A stretch of 64,000 bases of DNA. Origin: Nitrospirota bacterium. Lineage in GTDB: Bacteria > Nitrospirota > Leptospirillia > Leptospirillales > Leptospirillaceae. The stretch lies in NCBI GenBank assembly GCA_021828805.1, contig JAJZCZ010000001.1:715-64714 (forward strand). Reading direction: 5' to 3'. Within the stretch, counting starts at the first letter, position 1. Each line of letters begins with the position of its first letter. A program made the translations under genes and the position numbers. Under the pieces are notes generated by a model. That model saw only the letters and a list, made by a program, of their open reading frames with translations, was not told the origin of the DNA and searched no databases. Positions 56,915-64,000 of the stretch are shown here, in pieces.

Positions 56915-57732
56915 GCCCTCTCCCCCGGGCGGCCCGTGAGGCGCGAAAAGGTGATTTTTTCGTGCGCTACCGCCGGCGGGGGGAGCGCCGGATCCTGTAT
57001 GGCCGGTTAAAGTCCGCCACGACAATTGCGGGCTTCGACGGATCGGTGGACCGGGTGGAGGAGGTGGTCTGGCTGCCTCCGGTGTCCCCCCGCAAGATCA
57101 TCGCTGTCGGACTGAATGACCGGGAGCATGCCCTCGAAATGGGCAAACCCCTGCCCCGGGAGCCCCTTCTCTTCCTCAAGGCGGTCACCGCCCTCGCCGC
57201 CCACGAAGATCCTGTTGTCACCCCGAAGGCTTCGTCCCGGGTCGACTACGAAGGGGAGATCGCCCTGGTGGTCGGCCGGTTCGCCGACCACATCCTGCCC
57301 CGGGAGGCCCGGTCCCACATTTTCGGGATCTGCGCCGCCAACGACATCACTGCCCGGGATCTTCAGGCGTCCGATGTCCAGTACACCCGGGCCAAGTCCT
57401 TTCCGGGATTCTGTCCGGTGGGGCCGGCCGTGGAGGTCGGGGGAACGCCGGACGGGCGGACCCTGGTGACGAGGGTCAATGGAGAAATTCGCCAGGAGGG
57501 CCGCGTCTCCTCCCAGATCTTCGGATGGGAGGACCTGGTGAGCTACATCAGCCACATGATGCCCCTTGAGCCCGGAGATCTCGTCCTGACAGGAACCTAT
57601 CGGGGAGTGGGCGCGGTGACGGCCGGGGACCGGGTGACGGTGGAGGTGTCGGGGCTCGGGATGATCCCCCTTTCGAACACCTTTGTCGCCGATCCCCGCC
57701 CCGGACTTGCGGGCCGTTGGCCCGGGAAGTGA
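56911..57732 (+). CDS. Fumarylacetoacetate hydrolase (FAH) family protein
   Basis: KIIAVGLNDREHA, VDYEGEIALVVG, NDITARDLQ and SKSFPGFCPVGP, typical of the FAH fold. ATGA overlap with dapB. Confidence 0.8.
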   Translation: MSPLPRAAREARKGDFFVRYRRRGERRILYGRLKSATTIAGFDGSVDRVEEVVWLPPVSPRKIIAVGLNDREHALEMGKPLPREPLLFLKAVTALAAHEDPVVTPKASSRVDYEGEIALVVGRFADHILPREARSHIFGICAANDITARDLQASDVQYTRAKSFPGFCPVGPAVEVGGTPDGRTLVTRVNGEIRQEGRVSSQIFGWEDLVSYISHMMPLEPGDLVLTGTYRGVGAVTAGDRVTVEVSGLGMIPLSNTFVADPRPGLAGRWPGK

Positions 57733-57889
57733 TCTCCCCTGGCTCCCATGGAGATCCGGCGGGATTCTGTCTATAATTGACAGGTTTATTTGTCAGGCAA
57801 GACACGCAGTCAAGACACGGTACGGTTCAGAGATCGCACGGTAAAACACCTCAATAAGATTGACATGACCTTTAAGGAGACGCTCGACG

Positions 57890-59071
57890 ATGGATGCAAA
57901 GACCCGGTTCGCAAAAAGGATCACCTCCCTTCCCCCCTATCTTTTCGCCCGGATTGACGAAAAAAAGAGGGAAGCCCTCTCCCGGGGGGTGGACCTCATC
58001 AATCTGGGGATCGGAGATCCTGATACGCCAACGCTTGCCCCCATCGTCGAAAGAGCCAGGATTGCCGTGACGCGGCCCGAACACCATCAGTACCCCTCCT
58101 ACGAAGGGATGCTCTCCTTCCGGAAGTCGATCGCCGACTGGTACCGGAGGCGTTTTGGCGTCTCCCTTGACCCCGCCACCGAGGTGGTCGGTCTGATCGG
58201 CTCCAAGGAGGGGATCGGCCATCTTCCCCTGGCCTTTGTCGATCCGGGAGACGTGGTTCTCATCCCCGAGCCGGGCTATCCCGTCTATCACGCCGGGACG
58301 CTCTTTGCCGGAGGGGAGAGCTATTTTATGCCGATTCTTGAGCAGAACGGCTTCATGCCCGACCTTGACCGGATCCCCGAATCGGTTTACCGCCGTACGA
58401 AGATCATGTTCTTAAACTATCCCAATAACCCCACCGGAGCCCTGGCCACCGATGCCTTCTTCGCGAAGGCCATCGATCTTGCCGCCCGCTACGGCTTTAT
58501 TCTCGCCCACGATGCGGCCTATTCCGAGATCTACTACGATGGCAAACCTCCCAAATCCTTCCTCTCCTATCCCGGAGCGAAGGAGGTGGGGATCGAGTTC
58601 CACAGCCTCTCCAAGACCTACAACATGACCGGGTGGCGTGTGGGCTTCGCCGTTGGGAATCCCTCCGTCCTGTCGGGTCTTCTCAAGGTGAAGAGCAACC
58701 TCGACTCGGGGATATTCCAGGCGCTGCAGGAGGCCTCGATCACCGCCCTTGAAATGCCGGATTCCGAGCTCACCACCTTGCGCTCCCTCTATCAGCTTCG
58801 CCGGGACGTTCTTGTTCCGGGACTCAACAGCGTCGGGCTTCGGGCCTTCTCCCCCGGGGCCTCCTTCTACCTCTGGGCGGCTCTTCCCAAGGGGATCACC
58901 TCCGAGCAAGCCTCTCTGGCCCTTCTGGAGAAGACAGGTATCGTCGCCACCCCCGGCAATGGCTTCGGACCTTCAGGGGAGGGCTATGTCCGGTTTGCCC
59001 TGACGGTGGGCCCCGACCGGCTCAAGGAAGCGGTCGAACGTATCCGGACGCAGCGGCTCTTCGGGGCCTGA
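57890..59071 (+). CDS. dapL: Class I aminotransferase, probable LL-diaminopimelate aminotransferase
   Basis: SLPPYLFARIDEKK, LGIGDPDTPT, and PLP-lysine SLSKTYNMTGWRVG. Adjacent to dapA, dapB and lysA. The DapL versus Asp-aminotransferase assignment rests on context only. Confidence 0.6.
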   Translation: MDAKTRFAKRITSLPPYLFARIDEKKREALSRGVDLINLGIGDPDTPTLAPIVERARIAVTRPEHHQYPSYEGMLSFRKSIADWYRRRFGVSLDPATEVVGLIGSKEGIGHLPLAFVDPGDVVLIPEPGYPVYHAGTLFAGGESYFMPILEQNGFMPDLDRIPESVYRRTKIMFLNYPNNPTGALATDAFFAKAIDLAARYGFILAHDAAYSEIYYDGKPPKSFLSYPGAKEVGIEFHSLSKTYNMTGWRVGFAVGNPSVLSGLLKVKSNLDSGIFQALQEASITALEMPDSELTTLRSLYQLRRDVLVPGLNSVGLRAFSPGASFYLWAALPKGITSEQASLALLEKTGIVATPGNGFGPSGEGYVRFALTVGPDRLKEAVERIRTQRLFGA

Positions 59072-59086
59072 CAGAGGAGGGAGGGC

Positions 59087-59590
59087 GTGGGAGGCTTCTT
59101 TGCCATCTCCCTCGGAGGTAATATCGGGGATGTGAGGGGAGCCTTCAACCGGGCGCTCCTCGGTCTGTCGCACCACCCCGGCCTTTGTCTCCTCGGAGCC
59201 TCTCCCGTCAGACGCACGCGTCCCTGGGGTGTTGTCTCCCCAGACTTTCTCAACATGGTGGTGGTCGGGTATTCCCGGATCGGCGCTCCCGGTCTTTTTT
59301 CCCTGCTCCTGCACCTTGAGCGGAAATGCCGCCGCCGGGGCAAGGGAAAGCTCTACCCGCGGACGCTTGATCTCGACTTTCTCGAGTATTCCGGTCCATT
59401 CTTTCCAATGAAGGATCTCCTCCTTCCCCACCCAAGACTTCCCTTTCGTCCGGAGCTTCTGGAGATGCTCCGGACGGCGCGGCGTCAGACGAGGACCGGC
59501 CGGAGCATGGGCCGCTCCCCTGCCGTCCGCACGGAAAAACATCCTGAAAAACAGTCTCGCCCGGGCGCCTTCCGGAGTTCCTTGAGGTGA
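59087..59590 (+). CDS. folK: 2-amino-4-hydroxy-6-hydroxymethyldihydropterin pyrophosphokinase
   Basis: ISLGGNIGD, FLNMVV, PRTLDLDFL and LLLPHPRL motifs. Confidence 0.7.
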   Translation: MGGFFAISLGGNIGDVRGAFNRALLGLSHHPGLCLLGASPVRRTRPWGVVSPDFLNMVVVGYSRIGAPGLFSLLLHLERKCRRRGKGKLYPRTLDLDFLEYSGPFFPMKDLLLPHPRLPFRPELLEMLRTARRQTRTGRSMGRSPAVRTEKHPEKQSRPGAFRSSLR

Positions 59591-59604
59591 GGAGAAAGGG
59601 GCCC

Positions 59605-60420
59605 ATGACCTCCCCTTTCCGGTCTTCCCGTCGGGACAGGCGTGTCTCGTGTCCCGCCCGCTCCCTCCTCGTGGGATTTTTCTCTCTCGTCCTTCTTTTG
59701 GGCGGCGTTTCCGAGGCCCCGGCGCAGATCGGTCCGATGGGGCAGACCTTCGAATTCGACGGAGGGGAGACGATCTTTTCCCAGAACAGCCAGTATTTTT
59801 TTGCCATGCTGGGGGACTTCCTTCCCTTTCCGTCCCGGGGAAACTCCTCACAGACACCCATCGACGTGGGGACGGCCCCCCTGCAATCTCCCTCCCTTCA
59901 CGTCTTTGTCGTGGCCTCCTACTTCGCCTATGAAACACCGGGCATCGGAGGTCTGGCGGTGAATGCTTATAACGGTTTAACGCCCGCCATCGGCCTGCGC
60001 TATCCCCTGTCGGACGGCTTTGTGGAGGGGGATGCGGGAGTGGCCCTGGCCAATGCCTATGGCACGGGACAACCGGTGGAGACGGTAGGAGGCGTCTACC
60101 TCCAGGGGGAGTACTACCGGTCCCTGGGGATCGGGGCTCTCGATCTCTTTTCCAACTACCTCGGGTATATTGACTACGTGTATGTTCAGGGGCGGTGGCT
60201 TGCGCCTGTCCGGAGCTTGAAAACACTGGTGTTCTTTCTCGGACCTGAACTGATCGGCCAGGGGAACAACAGCTATAATGCCGAGCAGGGAGGCGTGGTG
60301 GCCGGCCTGTCCCTTCCGGCCCTTCATTCCTACCTCACCCTCGACGGAGGACTTCTCCGTTCCTCAGTGTCGTCGGGGTGGGGCGGTTATCAGGGATTTT
60401 CGTGGTATGTTTCCTACTGA
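59605..60420 (+). CDS. Putative outer-membrane beta-barrel protein
   Basis: Signal peptide ending APAQ. Alternating aromatic/Gly-rich strands and a C-terminal aromatic end (FSWYVSY). Confidence 0.4.
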   Translation: MTSPFRSSRRDRRVSCPARSLLVGFFSLVLLLGGVSEAPAQIGPMGQTFEFDGGETIFSQNSQYFFAMLGDFLPFPSRGNSSQTPIDVGTAPLQSPSLHVFVVASYFAYETPGIGGLAVNAYNGLTPAIGLRYPLSDGFVEGDAGVALANAYGTGQPVETVGGVYLQGEYYRSLGIGALDLFSNYLGYIDYVYVQGRWLAPVRSLKTLVFFLGPELIGQGNNSYNAEQGGVVAGLSLPALHSYLTLDGGLLRSSVSSGWGGYQGFSWYVSY

Positions 60421-61519
60421 CCCCCCGACCTCTCCGGGCGGCTCCCTCGCCGCCGCCCTTCTGGACTGGTATGATGCCGGCCACAGGGACCTTCCCTGGC
60501 GCCAGGGACGCGATCCCTACCGGATCTGGGTTTCGGAAATCATGCTCCAGCAGACGACTGTGGCCACGGTTCTCGGTTACTATGACCGATTCCTGGCACG
60601 CTTTCCCGATGTGGGGGAGCTGGCCAGGACCGATCTGACGGAGGTTCTCCGCTTCTGGTCGGGGCTTGGCTACTACCAGCGCGCGAGAAATCTCCACCGG
60701 GCGGCCATTGTTATTGCGGAACGCGGAGCCTTTCCGGAGACTCCCGATGCGTGGATGGAGCTCCCCGGAGTCGGCCGCAGTACGGCCGGGGCCATCTTTT
60801 CCATCTCCCGGAACATGTGGGCGCCTCTTCTCGACGCCAATGTCCGGCGCGTGATGGAGCGCCTCTACGGTGTGGCCCCGGAGGAAAAGAAAAGAGAGGC
60901 CCGCCTCTGGGAGGTCTCGGATGCCTTCGGGAGGGAGAGCCCCCGGCCGGGAGACACGAACCAGGCGCTCATGGAGCTCGGGGCGACCGTGTGCCTGCCG
61001 GCCGCTCCCCGATGTTCTCTCTGCCCGCTGGCCGCCTCCTGCCAGGCCCGTGAAGGGGAGGCGATGCTTCTTTTTACCCGGCCCGGGGGGCAGAAAAAGA
61101 AGAAGCCCGCTCCTCCCCGGCGCGAAAGGGTCGTTCTGCTCCCGCCGGATGGCTCCCTGCTTTTTGTTCCCCGGGGAGAGGGGCGTCTTTTAGAGGGACT
61201 GTACGATCTCTACGGTGTTGCCTCCCCGGGAATCCTGCCCGGAACCGCCCTTCAGGAGGGCCCCTATGCCGGATGCTGCGCGGGAAGAGAGCTCTTCACG
61301 GTGACCCACACCTATTCCCATTTTCGCGAGGTGGTCCGGGTGGTGGCGCTGGAGAGGGCTCCGGGGGAGGGGGCCGGCGAGTCCCTGCCCGGGGGGGGGA
61401 TTGTTCTCCCGCTCTCCCGGTCCCTGGACGGTCCGGTCCCGCTTACGGGCGTGGCGAAGAAGATCCTGAAGAAGCTGGCACAGGAGGGATGGGGCGGCGC
61501 CGGGAAGGAGGAAAGATGA
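60407..61519 (+). CDS. mutY: A/G-specific adenine DNA glycosylase
   Basis: LLDWYDAGHRDLPWR, HhH LPGVGRSTAGAI, and 4Fe-4S loop CLPAAPRCSLCPLAASC. Internal ATG at 60407 chosen. Confidence 0.85.
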   Translation: MFPTDPPTSPGGSLAAALLDWYDAGHRDLPWRQGRDPYRIWVSEIMLQQTTVATVLGYYDRFLARFPDVGELARTDLTEVLRFWSGLGYYQRARNLHRAAIVIAERGAFPETPDAWMELPGVGRSTAGAIFSISRNMWAPLLDANVRRVMERLYGVAPEEKKREARLWEVSDAFGRESPRPGDTNQALMELGATVCLPAAPRCSLCPLAASCQAREGEAMLLFTRPGGQKKKKPAPPRRERVVLLPPDGSLLFVPRGEGRLLEGLYDLYGVASPGILPGTALQEGPYAGCCAGRELFTVTHTYSHFREVVRVVALERAPGEGAGESLPGGGIVLPLSRSLDGPVPLTGVAKKILKKLAQEGWGGAGKEER

Positions 61520-62622
61520 ATCGCTTTTTCCCTGCCATCACGGGCCCGGGGGGGAATCCGGGACGGCGCCTTCTTCCCGTTCTTTCCCTGGGACTTCTTC
61601 TGGGGCTTCTGGGCGGGTGTCAGGCCCCGGCGGCTCTCCTCTGGCTGGCCTCCTATCTTCCCTTAGGCTCCGAGCCCGCAGCCGTCGTCTGTCCTTCCCC
61701 ATCCAGCTGCTTCGCGGTCGGGCAGGGAGGGCTCTTCCTGACCTCCCAGAACGGAGGGCAGACGTGGTTTCCGGCCAGTTCGGGGCTGGGAGCAGCGCTG
61801 GCGAACTACAATCTCACCTCGGCGGCCTGTCTTCCGACAAGCCAGTGCACTATCGTCGGCAATCAGGGGCTTATCCTGGGCAGTACCAACGGCGGACAGA
61901 GCTTCTCCATCCAGAATGTCACGACCAACGGCAATCTGACCTTCAACGAGGTCGTTTGCCAGAGTTCGGGGAGCCCCTCCTGCGCCATCGTGGGGGACAG
62001 CAACACCCTCCTCCTCCAGAGTCAGTCGGGAGCCCCCTGGACCCCTGACCTCAGTGTTCTTCAGGCCGCTCTCGGGCCGGCGAACTTCAATCAGGTGGTT
62101 CTCGAGGGGGCGACGATCTGGATCTCCGCCTCCACGACCTCGGGAACGGGGATGAACGCCCTCCTTCTTTCCCAGAACGGGGGAAGTACCTGGAGCCTCG
62201 TCATCGTCTCCCAGGTGCTGGCGCCTATGGGGGTGAGCGGGGTGGGCTGCACCGGTCCGACGACCTGTTTTGTGGCCGGGACCGGGGCTCTGCTCGAGAC
62301 CGTCGACGGAGGCGCCACCTGGTCGCCAACCTTCTTTTTGGGGGGAACGGCGGGGAACTCCCCTCTCCTGACAGGGGTTTACGTGGGGCCGGGAAATACC
62401 GTCTGGGCCTACGGACAGAACGGAGCCCTCTATGAGGTGACCGCCCTCTCCTCCGGAGCCGTCTCCGGGGAGGTGGCCGTGGCCCAGATTCTGCCTGCCG
62501 CTGCAAGCTCGCTCAATTTTACCGGTGTGACGTGCCTCACAGCCCTTTCATGTCTTGCCCCGGGAAACTCGCTTGCGATTTCCGGGGGGATCTTCTACTC
62601 TAGCCCGAGCGGAGGAGGGTAG
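61516..62622 (+). CDS. BNR/Ycf48-like beta-propeller lipoprotein
   Basis: Lipobox LLGGCQ. Repeated SxxGGxxW motifs (SQNGGQTW, STNGGQSF, SQNGGSTW, TVDGGATW). ATG at 61516 overlaps the mutY stop. Confidence 0.65.
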   Translation: MNRFFPAITGPGGNPGRRLLPVLSLGLLLGLLGGCQAPAALLWLASYLPLGSEPAAVVCPSPSSCFAVGQGGLFLTSQNGGQTWFPASSGLGAALANYNLTSAACLPTSQCTIVGNQGLILGSTNGGQSFSIQNVTTNGNLTFNEVVCQSSGSPSCAIVGDSNTLLLQSQSGAPWTPDLSVLQAALGPANFNQVVLEGATIWISASTTSGTGMNALLLSQNGGSTWSLVIVSQVLAPMGVSGVGCTGPTTCFVAGTGALLETVDGGATWSPTFFLGGTAGNSPLLTGVYVGPGNTVWAYGQNGALYEVTALSSGAVSGEVAVAQILPAAASSLNFTGVTCLTALSCLAPGNSLAISGGIFYSSPSGGG

Positions 62623-62683
62623 GGGTTACCTCCGTGTGATGGACAGGATCCATATAAGGGTGTGATTATCAACGGAGGCTGTC

Positions 62684-63247
62684 ATGGGACAAAAAACACT
62701 TAAGCGCTTTGGTCTGGCCTTGGCCTTTGCCGGGCTCACCACGGTCATGTCAGGATGCTACGGGCAGTTTGCCCTGGTCCACACCCTCTACAAGGCCAAT
62801 GGCAATGTGGAGAACAAGTGGGCCCGCTCGGGACTCACCGCTCTTCTGGTTATTTTGCCTGTCTATGAATTTGCCGGACTCGGAGATGTGATCATCTTCA
62901 ACCCCATCGAGTTCTGGACACACGTCAATCCGGTCACCAACAAGCCTTCTGTCGCCTCCGACCGGACGGTAGGTCCCGGCGTCGATCCCACCAAGACGCC
63001 GGATGGCTGGCTTTCCAAAAATGACAAGGCGGGTCAGAAGGTCCTGATGGCCTGGCATTATGATGCGGTTGCCAAGAAGGTTTCGGCGATCGGCATTGCC
63101 AAGGGCCCTGGCGGAAAGACGCAGGTGACCCTCTATCGGTCGCGGTGGGCCAGGAGCGGTCAGACCTTCGCCGGACCGCAGGTGACGGCCGTTACCTTCG
63201 ACCATGGCCATCCGGTGACAAAGATGGCGGGAGCGGGAGCGATCTAA
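62684..63247 (+). CDS. Lipoprotein, DUF3332-like
   Basis: Lipobox VMSGCYG, then FALVHTLYKANGNVENKW...ILPVYEFAGLGDVIIFNPIEFW. Confidence 0.55.
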   Translation: MGQKTLKRFGLALAFAGLTTVMSGCYGQFALVHTLYKANGNVENKWARSGLTALLVILPVYEFAGLGDVIIFNPIEFWTHVNPVTNKPSVASDRTVGPGVDPTKTPDGWLSKNDKAGQKVLMAWHYDAVAKKVSAIGIAKGPGGKTQVTLYRSRWARSGQTFAGPQVTAVTFDHGHPVTKMAGAGAI

Positions 63248-63285
63248 GCGGCTCTTCCTTTCTGCCCTCCAGGTTTTTGAATGCA

Positions 63286-63314
63286 GGAGGCTCCTTCGGG
63301 AGCCTCTTTTTTTT
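63286..63314 (+). terminator. Rho-independent terminator
   Basis: GGAGGCTCC-TTCG-GGAGCCTC hairpin followed by 8 T. Confidence 0.8.
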
Positions 63315-63439
63315 ATGCGTTTTGCCAGGGCCGGAATGTCAGGGGAGGGAAGCGGCTTGTATCAGGGGTTGTTTTCTGACAGGGAAAGACGAAAAGAGGC
63401 CGGGCGCCGGGCCCGACCTCTTCAAGGGAGTTGTTCTGG

Positions 63440-63730
63440 CTAGGCCTGGGGGGTGGTTTTCTCTGTGGCCACCGCCTGGCGAAAAGCCTTCCAGCCTTCT
63501 TTCACCGCCTCGGCGTAACGATCCTTGCGCTCCGGAAACTCGGTGCGGATCTTGTCGAGGCCTTCGGAGAACTCCTCTTCAGCGTCGTCTCTCAGCGTGC
63601 GGACCTTTTCTCCGAGTTTTCGCCGGGTTTCAGAGCCGGAGGCCGGGGCGAGAAGAACGCCGAGTGCCGCTCCTACGGCGAGTCCTGTCAAAAAGAGAGC
63701 GAGTCCTGTATCATTTCTGTCGCTGGCCAT
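63440..63730 (-). CDS. YtxH-like general stress protein
   Basis: Internal ATG at 63730 follows AGGAG. LFLTGLAVGAALGVLLAPASGSETRRKL, then a charged helical tail. Confidence 0.6.
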   Translation of the reverse strand: MASDRNDTGLALFLTGLAVGAALGVLLAPASGSETRRKLGEKVRTLRDDAEEEFSEGLDKIRTEFPERKDRYAEAVKEGWKAFRQAVATEKTTPQA

Positions 63731-63998
63731 GGTCAGTCTCCTGTGCGGTATGGGGATGGGTTTGATCCGGTGTGAGAGGATGGGTTTCCCGGCGGGAGAG
63801 AACCTCCCGGGCCCGGGAGATCGCTGCGGCAAGACCCCGGGCGACCCGAAGGAGTCCCTTGCCGGTCGAGAGGGGGTTCCCTCCCCGGAAGAGGGGCGAG
63901 AGGAAGGAGAGAAGCGGGGAGCGGGAGAGCGAGTCCATCCTGTCCTCAAGGCTTCGGTACCGTTCGGCGGTCCGCCGGACGACCGGCTCGACCTCGTC
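63711..63998 (-). CDS. Hypothetical protein, frame open to right window edge
   Basis: No stop occurs between 63998 and 63714. Overlaps the start of the YtxH-like gene. Family not recognisable. Confidence 0.25.
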   Translation of the reverse strand, partial: DEVEPVVRRTAERYRSLEDRMDSLSRSPLLSFLSPLFRGGNPLSTGKGLLRVARGLAAAISRAREVLSRRETHPLTPDQTHPHTAQETDHGQRQK

Positions 63999-64000
63999 GG

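Noticed and set aside
61273-61515. N-terminal extension of the BNR-repeat protein ORF, overlapping the mutY 3' end.
   Set aside because: The extension is Gly/Arg-rich junk. The ATG at 61516 follows GGAGGAAAG and yields a proper lipoprotein signal peptide.

Overview
This is a GC-rich bacterial chromosome segment from a diderm organism. Gene content and codon style suggest Nitrospirota/Leptospirillum, but that is a guess I cannot verify here. I call about 70 protein genes. Almost all are core housekeeping, and they are tightly packed with many 1-4 nt stop/start overlaps. In order: mreC-mreD-mrdA-rodA; rng; folB; a ferredoxin plus a B12-binding radical SAM gene; rplM-rpsI; argC and argJ; rpsB-tsf-pyrH-frr; alr; mlaE-mlaF-mlaD; a system II cytochrome c maturation cluster (resB-ccsA, two tlpA-like genes, ccdA) running on into a geranylgeranyl-reductase-like flavoprotein and an M50 protease. 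On the minus strand: priA-nrdR-glyA-rpiB; two thymidylate-kinase-like paralogs; ppx; fliM. Also on the plus strand: an orphan MCP; a ubiE / radical SAM / ubiC-like / ubiA operon; a PEBP protein; an MFS transporter; an RCK K+ channel; a long argD-argF-argG-argH-lysA-dapA-dapB chain; dapL; folK; mutY; and several lipoprotein or stress-protein genes. I found no rRNA, tRNA, CRISPR array, transposase, integrase or recognisable defence gene, so most of the window is ordinary core genome. The candidates most worth a second look are: (1) a B12-domain radical SAM enzyme translationally coupled inside the quinone operon; (2) the overlapping pair of divergent Tmk-like kinases, one with a degenerate catalytic motif; (3) two roughly 200 bp tracts of about 12-15% G+C that precede the orphan MCP and orphan fliM genes and share sequence motifs; (4) the ferredoxin plus 627-aa radical SAM pair. 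All functional calls come from reading motifs by eye. No database search was run.
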